Under the pieces are notes generated by a model. That model had not been told where the DNA came from, ran no database searches, and worked only from the letters and a program-made list of their open reading frames with translations. Source: an uncultured Pseudomonadota bacterium (lineage in GTDB: Bacteria; Pseudomonadota; Alphaproteobacteria; Rs-D84). Taken from it: a stretch of DNA of 64,000 nucleotides. Below, one piece after another: positions 45,427-54,349 of the stretch (positions are counted from its first letter, which is position 1; each line of letters opens with the position of its first letter). The stretch spans positions 210,023-274,022 of the forward strand of contig CASFWA010000001.1 of assembly GCA_949298405.1 (NCBI GenBank), read 5' to 3'. The position numbers were made by a program, and so were the translations under genes.

Positions 45427-47553
45427 ATGAAAAACGAATTAAAAATTTCAACGCTTGCGATAGTTTGTGTGTTGTGTACCGCTTTATCAAGTGCGTATGG
45501 TGCATCTTCTGTACGTTCTTTGGGTGGTACGGGTACTTATAGTAGTGCGTCAAGTGCTAGTGCTGCAAGTTCAAGCAGTACCGCGGCGGCGCGTAGTGGC
45601 TCTGTACGTGTTACACCGACCACGGGTGTTTCAGGTAGTAGTGCAACTAATACTAGTTCAACGAATAGTAGACGCGTTACAACAACACCGCGTTTATCTA
45701 TAGGTAAGTATCTTGGGGGTAGTACTTCTGTTAGTACAGGAAGTTCTTTGCGTCCACAAACACCAAGTGGTGGCTCGTCTTCTGGTGGTGATGGTTCTAT
45801 GGATCCTGAGGTTGCGGCAAATTTGCAAAAAGCAGTTGAGGACTTACAGGATAATATTGTCGACTTGAAAGATGCAGATGATGAGATAAAGGGGTTGTTG
45901 GAAGAAAAACAGAATGCTTTAATTCCGACAGATGATTATATCACTATCGAAAACGATGAAATTTTTGTAAACGTTGATAATTTGAAAGAAGCACTTGCGG
46001 GTGCTACTGGTGAAGATGGTCGTGAAATTGAATTGGATAAGGTTGGCGATTATTTGGTTTGGCGTTATGTAGGTGATAGTTCTTGGAATAATTTAATAGC
46101 TATTGCAGATATTACTGGACCACGAGGTCCCCAAGGTGAAAAAGGTGAACCGGGTGACCCTGCTAATTTGACTGATTATCCTACAAAAACAGATATGGAA
46201 GATGCGATAAGTGCGGCAGTTGATAATTTGGCTGCAACTTATGCAACAAAAGAAGAATTGGCAGATTATGTCAAGACGGAAACTGCAAATGCAATTTATG
46301 CGACAAAAGACGAATTGTCAGGAAAGTTGGATAGTGATGCTTTGGCAGGTTATGCCACAACAGTTGGTGTGCAAACTGCTATTAGGGAAGCGACTGATGG
46401 TTTGGCTACAAGCGCAGAATTAACCACGGGTTTGGCGGGTAAGGCAAATGTTGCTGATGTTTATACTAAATCCGAAGTTTATAATAAAACAGAAGTAAAT
46501 GACCTTGTTGCCGATGTTGCTGCCGGTGATATGCAAGAAGCTTTAAAGGATTATGCAAAAACAAGTGATGTAGAGGCTGGTTTGGCTGAAAAAGCAGATA
46601 AGACTGCATTGGATTCAAAGGCTGACGCAACAGTTGTAGATGCGCTTTCTTCAAAAGTAGATACGATTGGGGTGGCTGCGGATAATGCAGGTCTTGCGGC
46701 GACGGCGGCAGCGGAAACTGCTGGTGCTGCAAAAACAACTGCGGAGGCGGCGCAAGCAATTGCAAATGCTGTTTCGGGTGAAGTAGAAACTGTTAAAACT
46801 ACTGCTGATACGGCTAAAACCACGGCTGATGCAGCAAAGACAGCGGCGGATGAAGCGAAAGAATTGGCAAGCGGGGCAAGTGACGCGGCACAAGCAGCGC
46901 AAGATACTGCGACTGCGGCACAGGACAAAGCGGATGCGGCTGCATTGGCGGTGGCTTCGAAAGCAGATAAGGCCACTACTCTTGCTGGATATGGTATTAC
47001 TGATGCTTATACAAAAACAGAAGTTGACTCTAAAGTAGAAGGCTTGGCGACGGATGCAGATTTGACCGAGTTAGAAGGAAAAGTTCAGACGAATACTTCA
47101 AATATAGGCGCGTTAAAAAACACAGTTGGTGAAGGTGCTTTGACAACTACTGCACAAAACTTGGTTGGTGCGGTTAATGAATTAAAAACCAAGACTGATG
47201 GTATGGCAACTGACGGTAATTTTGAAGAAATGAATAACAAAATTACTCAGATGGAACAGACGGTTAATACTGCGGTTGGGGCTATAGAAGGTAAGGCTGA
47301 TACAACTTATGTTGATGAACAGTTGGCAACAAAAGCAAATACAGCAGATTTAGGTACTTTGGCTACAAAATCTAAAATTACAAATGATGACGTTGCGGAT
47401 GATGCGGCTATTGCACGTACAAAATTAGCAGAGGATGTACAGGCGTCTTTGGATAAGGCAGATGCTGCTATAAGTATGGTTGGTGCAGGAACAGATGCTG
47501 TTTTGGGCGTGGATAGTAACGGTGACAAAGTTTGGTATGAGATAGCATTTTAA
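45427..47553 (+). CDS. Secreted fibrous surface protein 1: Ser/Thr-rich spacer, collagen-like Gly-X-Y run, phage-tail-fibre-like repeats, Ala-rich coiled-coil
   Basis: Signal peptide MKNELKISTLAIVCVLCTALSSAYG^A. 110-aa S/T/G low-complexity region. GPRGPQGEKGEPGDP. Repeats YATKEELADYVKTETANAIYATKDELSGKLD, DKATTLAGYGITDAYTKTEVDSKVEGLATDADL and ARTKLAEDVQASLDKADAA. Confidence 0.7.
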   Translation: MKNELKISTLAIVCVLCTALSSAYGASSVRSLGGTGTYSSASSASAASSSSTAAARSGSVRVTPTTGVSGSSATNTSSTNSRRVTTTPRLSIGKYLGGSTSVSTGSSLRPQTPSGGSSSGGDGSMDPEVAANLQKAVEDLQDNIVDLKDADDEIKGLLEEKQNALIPTDDYITIENDEIFVNVDNLKEALAGATGEDGREIELDKVGDYLVWRYVGDSSWNNLIAIADITGPRGPQGEKGEPGDPANLTDYPTKTDMEDAISAAVDNLAATYATKEELADYVKTETANAIYATKDELSGKLDSDALAGYATTVGVQTAIREATDGLATSAELTTGLAGKANVADVYTKSEVYNKTEVNDLVADVAAGDMQEALKDYAKTSDVEAGLAEKADKTALDSKADATVVDALSSKVDTIGVAADNAGLAATAAAETAGAAKTTAEAAQAIANAVSGEVETVKTTADTAKTTADAAKTAADEAKELASGASDAAQAAQDTATAAQDKADAAALAVASKADKATTLAGYGITDAYTKTEVDSKVEGLATDADLTELEGKVQTNTSNIGALKNTVGEGALTTTAQNLVGAVNELKTKTDGMATDGNFEEMNNKITQMEQTVNTAVGAIEGKADTTYVDEQLATKANTADLGTLATKSKITNDDVADDAAIARTKLAEDVQASLDKADAAISMVGAGTDAVLGVDSNGDKVWYEIAF

Positions 47554-47565
47554 GGGGTTTAAACA

Positions 47566-49410
47566 ATGAAGAAAATAAATTTCATTTTTTCTGGATTTTT
47601 AGCATCATTGTTGCTTGGTGTCGGTAATGTTAATGCTGCAACAAGCGGTGATCCTGTTAGAATTGCTAGTCAAAAATATGTTGATGATAAAGAAACAGCT
47701 ATATTAGAAAATGTAGAACAGAATTATGCCAAACAGGAAACTGTTAATCAAATAACAGAAAATGTTACTACTGTGACACAGCAGGTAACACAGTTAGGTG
47801 ATACGATTAATAATGAAGAAACAGGCCTTGGTGCACAGGTAGAACAGGCTGTTACAGATGCGGCGGCTGCACAAGAAGCAGTTAGCGGTTTAGAAAGTTC
47901 TGTATCGTCTTTGACAGAAACTGTAAATCAAAAAGCAGATGCGGCAGCCCTTGCAACAAAAGAAGATAAGGATAATAAAGCGGCATCTATTACTGCTGAG
48001 AATCAGACTTCTGGTACTGCGTATCCATCTGTTGGTGCAATCGTAGAATGGACAAATAAGAAAATAACAGAATTATCAGATACAGGTTTGCCAGTTAATC
48101 CAGATAATATAAATGATAATTCTATTGCTGGCAGCAAGTTGGAAAATGGCGCAGTTACAACAGATAAAATTGCTGATGAGGCGATAACAGAAGATAAGTT
48201 GAGCCAGGATTTAAGCACAACTATTGCAGGCAAAGAAGATAAGTCCAATAAAACTCAGACTATTGATGAATCTTCTACATCAGAACAATATCCGTCTGCG
48301 GCAGCAGTTCATACGGCGTTGCAGGGTAAGGCAGATACAAGTGTGTTGGAAAATTATGTCACAACAACTGAGGTCGAAGAAATAAATCAGAATATTACAA
48401 ATGTGAAACAGCAGGTGACGCAGTTAGGTGATACAATTAATAATGAAGAAACAGGCCTTGGTGCACAGGTAGAACAGGCTGTTACAGATGCGGCGGCTGC
48501 ACAAGATGCTGTTAGTGGTTTAGAAAGTTCTGTATCATCTTTGGCAGAAACTGTAAGTCAAAAAGCAGATGTGGCAGACTTGGCGAAAAAAGAAGATAAA
48601 GATAATAAAATACAAGAAATAACAGCAGAATCCACTGCGGAACAATATCCTTCTGCGGTTGCGGTTCGTACTGCTTTGGGAGCCAAGGCAGATGCAAGTG
48701 CTGTTGAAAGCATTACACAAAATATAACGAATATAAAACAGCAAGTAGAACAAATTACCGACCCAGAAACTGGTTTGGCTGCTGATGTTGAACAATTACA
48801 GACGGACATTGCTGGTAAAGCAAGTGCAGAATCTGTTGCAACATTAGAAGGAACTGTGACAAGTCAGGGTGGGCGTTTAACAACCGCAGAAGGTGAAATT
48901 GATGCTTTGCAAACGGCTTCTGCAACACATGCGACGACGGCTGCATTAACAGAAGGATTGGCATTGAAAGAAAATGTTGCGAATAAGGCAACGACTATTG
49001 GGACAGATAACCAAAGTTCGCCGACTGTATACCCATCTGTTGGTGCAATCGTAGAATGGACAAATAAGAAAATAACAGAATTATCAGATACGGGCTTGCC
49101 AGTTAATCCAGATAATATAAATGATAATTCTATTGCTGGCAGCAAGTTGGAAAATGGCGCAGTTACAACAGATAAAATTGCTGATAAGGCGGTGACGCAA
49201 GAAAAGTTAAGTGACGATTTAGTTAGTGAAATTTCCGGTAAAGCAAACGTGTCTGACGTTTATACAAAACTGGAAACAAATGAAAAGATTGTGGAACTGG
49301 CGGTGCCTCAACCAGAAGGTGAATGTATGGCAGAATCCGGTTTGTGTGTGTTGTCTGTTGGAACAGACGGGCAGTTCAAATGGGTAAATGTAACAGAGCC
49401 GGCACAATAA
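47566..49410 (+). CDS. Secreted fibrous surface protein 2 (tail-fibre-repeat family, internally duplicated)
   Basis: Signal peptide ...GVGNVNA^ATSGDPVRIASQKYVDDKE. Near-identical internal blocks: QQVTQLGDTINNEETGLGAQVEQAVTDAAAAQ... occurs twice, and SVGAIVEWTNKKITELSDTGLPVNPDNINDNSIAGSKLENGAVTTDKIAD occurs twice. Confidence 0.7.
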   Translation: MKKINFIFSGFLASLLLGVGNVNAATSGDPVRIASQKYVDDKETAILENVEQNYAKQETVNQITENVTTVTQQVTQLGDTINNEETGLGAQVEQAVTDAAAAQEAVSGLESSVSSLTETVNQKADAAALATKEDKDNKAASITAENQTSGTAYPSVGAIVEWTNKKITELSDTGLPVNPDNINDNSIAGSKLENGAVTTDKIADEAITEDKLSQDLSTTIAGKEDKSNKTQTIDESSTSEQYPSAAAVHTALQGKADTSVLENYVTTTEVEEINQNITNVKQQVTQLGDTINNEETGLGAQVEQAVTDAAAAQDAVSGLESSVSSLAETVSQKADVADLAKKEDKDNKIQEITAESTAEQYPSAVAVRTALGAKADASAVESITQNITNIKQQVEQITDPETGLAADVEQLQTDIAGKASAESVATLEGTVTSQGGRLTTAEGEIDALQTASATHATTAALTEGLALKENVANKATTIGTDNQSSPTVYPSVGAIVEWTNKKITELSDTGLPVNPDNINDNSIAGSKLENGAVTTDKIADKAVTQEKLSDDLVSEISGKANVSDVYTKLETNEKIVELAVPQPEGECMAESGLCVLSVGTDGQFKWVNVTEPAQ

Positions 49411-49461
49411 AGAACTAACTAACGAAACTAATTAACTAACAAAACAAAAAAGGAAAGGAAA

Positions 49462-50673
49462 ATGAAAAAACTAACAGCAGGTATATTTGCAACATTATTG
49501 ACAGTTGTCACTGTCGGAGCTGCAAATGCAGAAATCGCATCAAGAACTTATGTTGATGATCAGGTCGGTACAAGAGCCACAACAGCAAGCGTAACTACTT
49601 TGACAGGTCGTGTAGATACTGTAGAAGGTACTGTTACAAGTCAGGGTGGGCGTTTGACAACCGCAGAAGGTGAAATTGATGCTTTGCAAACTGCTTCTGC
49701 AACACATGCGACAACGACTGCATTAACAGAAGGATTGGCAGGTAAGCAGGATAAAGCATTGATTCAATCTGCACAGTATAGTGATAATACGACCAACGAT
49801 ACGTCATATCCATCTGTAAAAGCAGTTGCAGATGCTATCGATAGTGTAACTGGTAATGTGTCTGGCGTTAAAGAAGATGTTACAGAATTACAGGGAACTG
49901 TTGCTGGTTTACAAACAGGTAAAGCAGATAAAGCCACAACATTACAAGGTTATGGTATCACAGATGCTTATACAAAAACAGAAGTAGATTCTGCTTTGGA
50001 TGCAAAAGCAAATACAGCAGATTTGGGCGCTTTGGCAGAAAAAGACACAGTAAGTGCAGCAGATATTGATGCAAACGCTGTCACAACGGCAAAAATTGCA
50101 GATAAAAATGTAACAAAAGCAAAATTGGCAGATGACGTTCAGGCGTCTTTGGGTAAGGCAGATTCTGCTTTGCAACAGGCTGCTTTGGCAGATTATGCAA
50201 AAACTGCAGATGTTGATGCAGATTTGGCGTTGAAGCAAGATAAAACAGATAATACTCTTGCAACTACACAAAAAACAGTTGTTGGTGCTATTAATGAAGT
50301 AAATACTAAAGCAGGAACTGCAGCGGCAGATGCAACACAAGCAAAATCTGATGCAGCACAGGCAAAAACAGATGCAACACAGGCGAAGTCTGATGCAGCA
50401 GCAGCAACGGCTGCAGCAGAAGAAGCAACAACTGCTGCGACAACTGCAACACAGACTGCAACACAGGCAAAGAGTACTGCTGATACAGCAAGTCAAACTG
50501 CAACACAGGCAAAGAGTACTGCTGATACAGCAAGTCAAACTGCAACAGAAGCAAAGGAAGCGGCTTTGGCAGCAATACCAAAACCAACAGATCCTAGTTG
50601 TGAAAACCCAACAAATAAGTGTGTTTTGACTTATAATAACTCTGCTTATGAATGGGAAGTTGTTGCAAGATAA
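49462..50673 (+). CDS. Secreted fibrous surface protein 3 (tail-fibre-repeat family, Ala/Thr tandem repeats)
   Basis: Signal peptide ...VGAANA^EIASRTYVDDQV. Shares TVTSQGGRLTTAEGEIDALQTASATHATT with gene 2 and GYGITDAYTKTEVDS with gene 1. Tandem TATQAKSTADTASQ repeats. Confidence 0.7.
   Translation: MKKLTAGIFATLLTVVTVGAANAEIASRTYVDDQVGTRATTASVTTLTGRVDTVEGTVTSQGGRLTTAEGEIDALQTASATHATTTALTEGLAGKQDKALIQSAQYSDNTTNDTSYPSVKAVADAIDSVTGNVSGVKEDVTELQGTVAGLQTGKADKATTLQGYGITDAYTKTEVDSALDAKANTADLGALAEKDTVSAADIDANAVTTAKIADKNVTKAKLADDVQASLGKADSALQQAALADYAKTADVDADLALKQDKTDNTLATTQKTVVGAINEVNTKAGTAAADATQAKSDAAQAKTDATQAKSDAAAATAAAEEATTAATTATQTATQAKSTADTASQTATQAKSTADTASQTATEAKEAALAAIPKPTDPSCENPTNKCVLTYNNSAYEWEVVAR
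50455..50538 (+). repeat. Exact 42-bp tandem duplication inside fibrous protein gene 3
   Basis: ACTGCAACACAGGCAAAGAGTACTGCTGATACAGCAAGTCAA occurs twice consecutively, encoding TATQAKSTADTASQ x2. Confidence 0.85.
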
Positions 50674-50753
50674 TCTTGTTGGTATCTTGATGTGCGGTAT
50701 TTCATAAATATATCGCACATCAAAAAAAGTTTGCGTGAGTTGCGATTTAGATA

Positions 50754-52457
50754 GTGAAACGAAACAGTTTTTTAGGTAGAATAAAAATGATGAATACAAA
50801 AGGTCTTTTTGCAGTTTCTTTAATAGCAATGCTTGCTATGGGAACAGCTAATGCAGATATCGCATCCAAAAAGTATGTTGATGTACAGGTTGGTGGACGT
50901 TTGTCTAGCATTAGTGGTTCTACCAGTGGAACAGGTAATGTTGTCACTTCGGTTTCTGCTAGTGGTAGCACTGTTTCTGCAACAAAAGGTATAACTGCAG
51001 AAGAAACAAAAAATAAAGTTACAACTGTTCGTGCAACTGCATCTGCAACAGATACGGCTTATCCTTCTGAAAAAGCGGTTGCTACTGCTTTGGCAGGTAA
51101 GGCGGATTCTGCAGATATTCCAACTGTAAATAATGCAACACTGACAATTCAGAAAAATGGTTCTAATGTCGGTACGTTTACTGCAAATGCGGCTTCACCA
51201 GCAACTATCAATATTACAGTACCTACAACAACATCTCAGTTGACTAATAATAGTGGTTTTATTACTGCTGATGATTTGCCAGAAGATTATGTCTTAACTG
51301 CGGCTACATCTGATAAGTTGGGTGGTGTAAAAAGTGGTGGGGATATAACTGTCGGAACAGACGGTACTGTCACAGTAAATAGTGCAACAAGTGCAGATAA
51401 AGCAACAACCGCAACTAGTGCGACTAATGCTACAAATGCAACGAATGCTACAAAAGCAACACAAGACGCATCGGGTAATGTTATTACAACTACTTATGCT
51501 ACGAAGACTGAATTAACTTCTGGGTTGGCAGATAAGGCCAATGTTGATGATTTAGCAACGGTTGCAACATCTGGTTCGTATAATGATTTAACAAATAAAC
51601 CAACTATACCTACTGTGGATTCTGCTTTGAGTTCTTCAAGTACAAACCCTGTTCAGAATAAGGTTATAAATTCTGCTTTGGCAGGTAAGTTAAGTACATC
51701 TGGTACGGCTGCAAAAGCAACTGCAGATGCAAACGGGAATAACATCGTTAATACTTATGCTACAAAAACAGCATTGGCTTCTGTAGAAGCTGATGTTGCT
51801 ACTGCGCAATCTACTGCAGATGATGCGGCAGATGCAGCGGCAAGTGCGCAATCTGCTGCAAATACAAAGGTTGCAAAAGCACAGGGCTCTACGAATGCAA
51901 ATAAAGTTTTAATTACAGATGGGTCGGGTAATGTTGCAACTGGTACTGTCAGCAGTGCTATGATAACAGATGGTACAATAACAAATGCAGATATTTCTTC
52001 TTCGGCTGCAATTGCACAGTCAAAGATATCTGGCTTGACAAATTCGTTAAATGCAAAGGCTAATACCGCGGATTTGGCAGATGTCGCAACGTCTGGTTCT
52101 TATAACGATTTAACTGATAAACCTTCTATCCCTGCTGCAATAACAGTAGATAGCGCTTTAAGCAGTACAAGTACAAATCCTGTTCAGAATAAGGTTATAA
52201 ACACCGCTTTGGCAGGTAAGTTAAGTACAACTGGTACGGCTGCAAAAGCAACCGCAGATGCGAATGGCAATAATATTGCTAGTACTTATGCAACAAAGTC
52301 TCAGATTACTGCTTTGGATAGCACTTCTTCTGGTACAGGGGCCGTTGTCACAGCGGTTTCACAGACTGATGGTAAGGTTTCTGTCACAAAAGGAAATGTT
52401 AAAATCCCTGTTGGCAGTGAAAGTGCTACGACTTATGCAACCATCTGGGTTGAATAG
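50754..52457 (+). CDS. Secreted fibrous surface protein 4 (tail-fibre-repeat family)
   Basis: Signal peptide ...MGTANA^DIASKKYVDVQV. Two copies of ATSGSYNDLTNKPTIP...DSALSS(S/T)STNPVQNKVIN(S/T)ALAGKLST(S/T)GTAAKATADANGNNI, a phage-tail-fibre-type repeat. Confidence 0.7.
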   Translation: MKRNSFLGRIKMMNTKGLFAVSLIAMLAMGTANADIASKKYVDVQVGGRLSSISGSTSGTGNVVTSVSASGSTVSATKGITAEETKNKVTTVRATASATDTAYPSEKAVATALAGKADSADIPTVNNATLTIQKNGSNVGTFTANAASPATINITVPTTTSQLTNNSGFITADDLPEDYVLTAATSDKLGGVKSGGDITVGTDGTVTVNSATSADKATTATSATNATNATNATKATQDASGNVITTTYATKTELTSGLADKANVDDLATVATSGSYNDLTNKPTIPTVDSALSSSSTNPVQNKVINSALAGKLSTSGTAAKATADANGNNIVNTYATKTALASVEADVATAQSTADDAADAAASAQSAANTKVAKAQGSTNANKVLITDGSGNVATGTVSSAMITDGTITNADISSSAAIAQSKISGLTNSLNAKANTADLADVATSGSYNDLTDKPSIPAAITVDSALSSTSTNPVQNKVINTALAGKLSTTGTAAKATADANGNNIASTYATKSQITALDSTSSGTGAVVTAVSQTDGKVSVTKGNVKIPVGSESATTYATIWVE

Positions 52458-52469
52458 TAATAAAATTAT

Positions 52470-52498
52470 AAATCCACCAAAAAGGTGGATTTATTTTT
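52470..52498 (+). terminator. Rho-independent terminator after fibrous protein gene 4
   Basis: ATCCACC-AAAAA-GGTGGAT hairpin followed by TTATTTTT. Confidence 0.75.
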
Positions 52499-52544
52499 CC
52501 CCTTAAAACTTGATTTAATCATCTTTCTTATAATATAATTACCC

Positions 52545-52747
52545 TGCTTTTAAGATTCTTAAAAGCGGACCATGTTAGTAGACGGGTTTAGTCACCCGAA
52601 TATAACAGTTTTAACTAACTTGTTGTCCCGACTTCTCGGTCGGGAAGTCGTTGCTATACAATAACTGCTTTGCGGTAAAGGCAACGAATTCATCGTTATA
52701 TTTGAATGACTAACTTCCCGGCACCTACTTTCATAGGTGTCTTTTTT
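52545..52747 (+). ncRNA. Candidate small RNA (~200 nt) with its own promoter-like and terminator-like elements
   Basis: Upstream TTGATT-18 bp-TATAAT (52509-52538). 5' hairpin GCTTTTAAG-ATTC-TTAAAAGC. Internal helices (CGGGAAGT...ACTTCCCG, CGTTGC...GCAACG). 3' hairpin CACCT-ACTTTCAT-AGGTG followed by CTTTTTTCTTTCTTTTT. Only a 30-codon ORF without RBS is present. Confidence 0.3.
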
Positions 52748-52772
52748 CTTTCTTTTTACACAAGGATAAAAA

Positions 52773-53327
52773 ATGAAAGTACTATTGTCGGGACTATTAT
52801 TCTTTTGTTGGGTTTTATTTCCTAATAATCTTAGAGCAGGGGATTTTATCGGTAATTTAGGGGATATTATTTCTTTTAAAGTTTTGCCTGTTTATTCATT
52901 TGCTGCAACTGTATATAATTCTGATTGGAATACTTGGTATGATTATGACTGGAACGGGTTAAAGCAATTAATTGTTGTTAATTTAATAAAATCAACTGTC
53001 ACAGATACTTTGAAAGAAAATATTTCTGAACAAAGACCTAATAAAAAAGGCTTTGATAGTTTCCCGTCTGGTCATACCGCAAATGCTTTTGCAAATGCGG
53101 CTTTTATACACAGGCGTTATGGTATAAAACAGGCAATTGTTCCTTATGTCTTGGCTTCGTTCGTAGGATATTCAAGAGTACAGTCGCGTTGGCATTATAC
53201 TCATGATGTTCTGGCGGGGGCGGCGGTAGGCTTCTTGTCTGCGTGGATATTTGCAGAAAGAAAGCAGAATATGTTTATTGCTGCAGATACTGAAAGCGTT
53301 GCACTTAGGTTTAGTACCCAGTTTTAA
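52773..53327 (+). CDS. PAP2-family phosphatase (undecaprenyl-diphosphate/lipid phosphatase-like)
   Basis: PAP2 motifs KenisEQRP (KX6RP), PSGHTA and SRVQSRWHYTHDVLAG (SRX5HX3D). Signal/TM N-terminus. Confidence 0.8.
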   Translation: MKVLLSGLLFFCWVLFPNNLRAGDFIGNLGDIISFKVLPVYSFAATVYNSDWNTWYDYDWNGLKQLIVVNLIKSTVTDTLKENISEQRPNKKGFDSFPSGHTANAFANAAFIHRRYGIKQAIVPYVLASFVGYSRVQSRWHYTHDVLAGAAVGFLSAWIFAERKQNMFIAADTESVALRFSTQF

Positions 53328-53920
53328 AAAAGCGATATTAAAAAAACACCCAGACCTGCTGCAATAATTGCGGTAATCGTTAGCGGCCAAAAATATTTTT
53401 TTACAATCGCATTTGCGCGTTCTTGGAAAAAATAAAGTAGCGCAGCAATTATTCCAAAGCGGCCTGTGCGGAATATCGCAGATACTGCCAAGAATATCCA
53501 AATTGGGTAACCAATAAAACCAAGCCATATTGCAAGTAGTTTATATGGAATAGGGGTGACCGCGGTTAATACTATTATCAGAATCCCATATTTACTAAAC
53601 ATTGGCTTTATTGCTGTTTCTATTAGTTCTGGATTTGAAAATGTGTTTATTAACCAAATACCTACGGAATCCCAAAGCCAGGCACCTATAAGATATGCAA
53701 TTGCACCGCCTACAATAGACCCAAGTGACGTAGCAACCGCAATCGGTACAGCACGTTTTTTGTTGGCTATTATTGGTGGAGTCATAAATACTTCTGGTGG
53801 AATAAACAAAAATATGGATTCGCATATTGTTAAAAGGAATACTATCCATGAATATGTTTTGCTTTCTGATTTCTGTAAAATATATTCTGCGAATTTCATT
53901 ATTTTTCCCTTGGCTGACAA
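53324..53920 (-). CDS. YqaA/DedA-related small inner-membrane protein
   Basis: 198 aa with 4-5 TM helices. ESIFLFIPPEVFMTPPII and ...AIWLGFIGYPIW pattern resembles YqaA family proteins. Confidence 0.5.
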   Translation of the reverse strand: MSAKGKIMKFAEYILQKSESKTYSWIVFLLTICESIFLFIPPEVFMTPPIIANKKRAVPIAVATSLGSIVGGAIAYLIGAWLWDSVGIWLINTFSNPELIETAIKPMFSKYGILIIVLTAVTPIPYKLLAIWLGFIGYPIWIFLAVSAIFRTGRFGIIAALLYFFQERANAIVKKYFWPLTITAIIAAGLGVFLISLF

Positions 53921-53989
53921 AAAATTTACTTGATTGTAATTAAATATTTTATACTTTACAATTAATAATTATATGCAGTGGAAATAAAT

Positions 53990-54349
53990 ATGATTAAAAA
54001 GCAAAATAATTCTAATCGTGCCGCAAAAGTTGCAAGTAAAGTTCAAACACTTGTTGCAGAAATCTTGCGTGATAAGTTTGGCGAAGATAATTTGTTGTCT
54101 GGGGTTTCTTTGGTCGGTGCCGTTGCACATGGCGGTTTGCAATTCGTTCGATTGTTTTATTATTCGCGTAATGAAAATATTGAAACGGTACAAAAACGTC
54201 TGGATGATACAACTAAGATGATTCGTTATGAACTGGCTGCACGCATGAATCAAAAGTATGTTCCTGATATTCGTTTTGAATATGATGATACGCTAGAAAA
54301 AGCAGACAGAATTGATAAACTTTTAGATAATTTGGATTTAGGTAAATGA
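53990..54349 (+). CDS. rbfA: Ribosome-binding factor A
   Basis: RAAKVASKVQTLVAEILRDKF...VSLVGAVAHGGLQFVRLFY and the KH-like fold length (119 aa) match RbfA. ATG at 53990. Confidence 0.8.
   Translation: MIKKQNNSNRAAKVASKVQTLVAEILRDKFGEDNLLSGVSLVGAVAHGGLQFVRLFYYSRNENIETVQKRLDDTTKMIRYELAARMNQKYVPDIRFEYDDTLEKADRIDKLLDNLDLGK

Noticed and set aside
46466-46976. Minus-strand ORFs (99, 141 and 83 aa) and + strand alternative-frame ORFs inside fibre gene 1
   Set aside because: Low-complexity, repeat-driven open frames antisense to, or out of frame with, a well-supported long CDS. The His/Gln/Leu-rich or Ala-rich translations are typical artefacts.
47566-50673. CRISPR array suspected because of multiple tandem or dispersed repeats
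   Set aside because: The repeats are in-frame coding repeats of different lengths (42, 117, 165 and 205 nt) without regular repeat-spacer periodicity, and no cas genes are present.
49942-50829. 295-aa Cys-rich ORF on the minus strand inside fibre gene 3
   Set aside because: Antisense artefact. The sense strand is dominated by GCA/ACA/GCT (Ala/Thr) codons whose reverse complements read TGC/TGT/AGC, giving a spurious Cys/Ser-rich frame. No RBS. It is fully embedded in a gene with a signal peptide and conserved repeats.
45427-52457. Intact prophage (tail-fibre genes as part of a phage)
   Set aside because: All four proteins have Sec signal peptides. No capsid, portal, terminase, tape-measure or baseplate genes flank them; the neighbours are an OMP gene and a PAP2 phosphatase gene. 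The integrase-like gene 5 kb away is degenerate and separated by core genes.
52500-52747. Possible two-piece alphaproteobacterial tmRNA (ssrA) or SRP/6S RNA identity for the sRNA candidate. The same was considered for the 40865-41146 region.
   Set aside because: I could not find a T-arm-like GGTTCGA motif, an ANDN-type tag reading frame, or the SRP domain IV GGAAGCAGCC motif. They are reported only as unclassified structured RNAs.
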